From positions 32,001-96,000 of the forward strand of contig JBGAGQ010000006.1 in NCBI GenBank assembly GCA_044226625.1: a stretch of 64,000 nucleotides of DNA, read 5' to 3'. Below the pieces are notes generated by a model. It worked only from the letters and a program-made list of their open reading frames with translations, was not told the origin of the DNA and did not search any database. Each line of letters starts with the position of its first letter. Positions within the stretch are counted from its first letter, which is position 1. Positions 63,847 to 64,000 of this stretch are shown in pieces. This stretch comes from Thermoanaerobaculia bacterium (GTDB taxonomy: Bacteria; Acidobacteriota; Thermoanaerobaculia; Multivoradales; UBA5704). The position numbers were made by a program, and so were the translations under genes.

Positions 63847-63981
63847 ATTCTGAGATTGCCTCCCGGTCGGCCGTGCGATGCGGGCCGGTCAACGACGACG
63901 GGGCGCGGTTTTCGAGCAGGCCCCGCCGCGAATGGTGAACTTCGACTCAGGTTACAGCACCGGCCGGAGCCGGGGAAAGTC

Positions 63982-64000
63982 CTATTTGCTTCGGGTGTAG
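63982..64000 (-). CDS. Probable 3' end of gcvT (partial)
   Basis: Minus strand reads ..YTRSK-stop, like the GcvT PFYxR C-terminus, upstream of gcvH-gcvP. Only 19 nt are visible. Confidence 0.45.

Noticed and set aside
63847-64000. Glycine riboswitch upstream of gcvH
   Set aside because: No recognisable aptamer motifs; the region looks like the gcvT-gcvH spacer, and any riboswitch would be upstream of gcvT, outside the window.

Overview
High-GC bacterial chromosomal segment. Gene content (LptD, plsB-like, kinase-like/TonB fusion, sulfatase and SGNH genes) suggests a diderm, probably Acidobacteriota/Thermoanaerobaculia-like organism; the taxonomy is inference only. Mostly housekeeping: nadE, lspA, MacA/MacB-like pair, selD, csp, mltG-ruvX, thiolase-lptD-sugar-nucleotide genes, hemF, purSQLF, potABCD, yciH and gcvHP with the probable 3' end of gcvT. 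The ORF track truncates or misses two selenoprotein genes, each with an in-frame UGA and a SECIS-like hairpin: SelD (13891-14955) and a SelW/Rdx protein (48887-49120). An accessory block at about 27.7-34.5 kb holds a compositionally distinct TIR-NB-ARC-TPR gene, a non-coding 8 x 20-bp tandem array next to three perfect palindromes, and a possible effector-like ORF. Other notable items are an apparently catalytically dead Ser/Thr kinase fused to TonB-C, an orphan full-length LanB, a secreted 8-Cys prepro-peptide, a tandem pair of unknown secreted paralogs, and many genes that appear leaderless. No rRNA, tRNA, CRISPR array or transposase was recognised. All calls come from reading motifs by eye; no searches were run.
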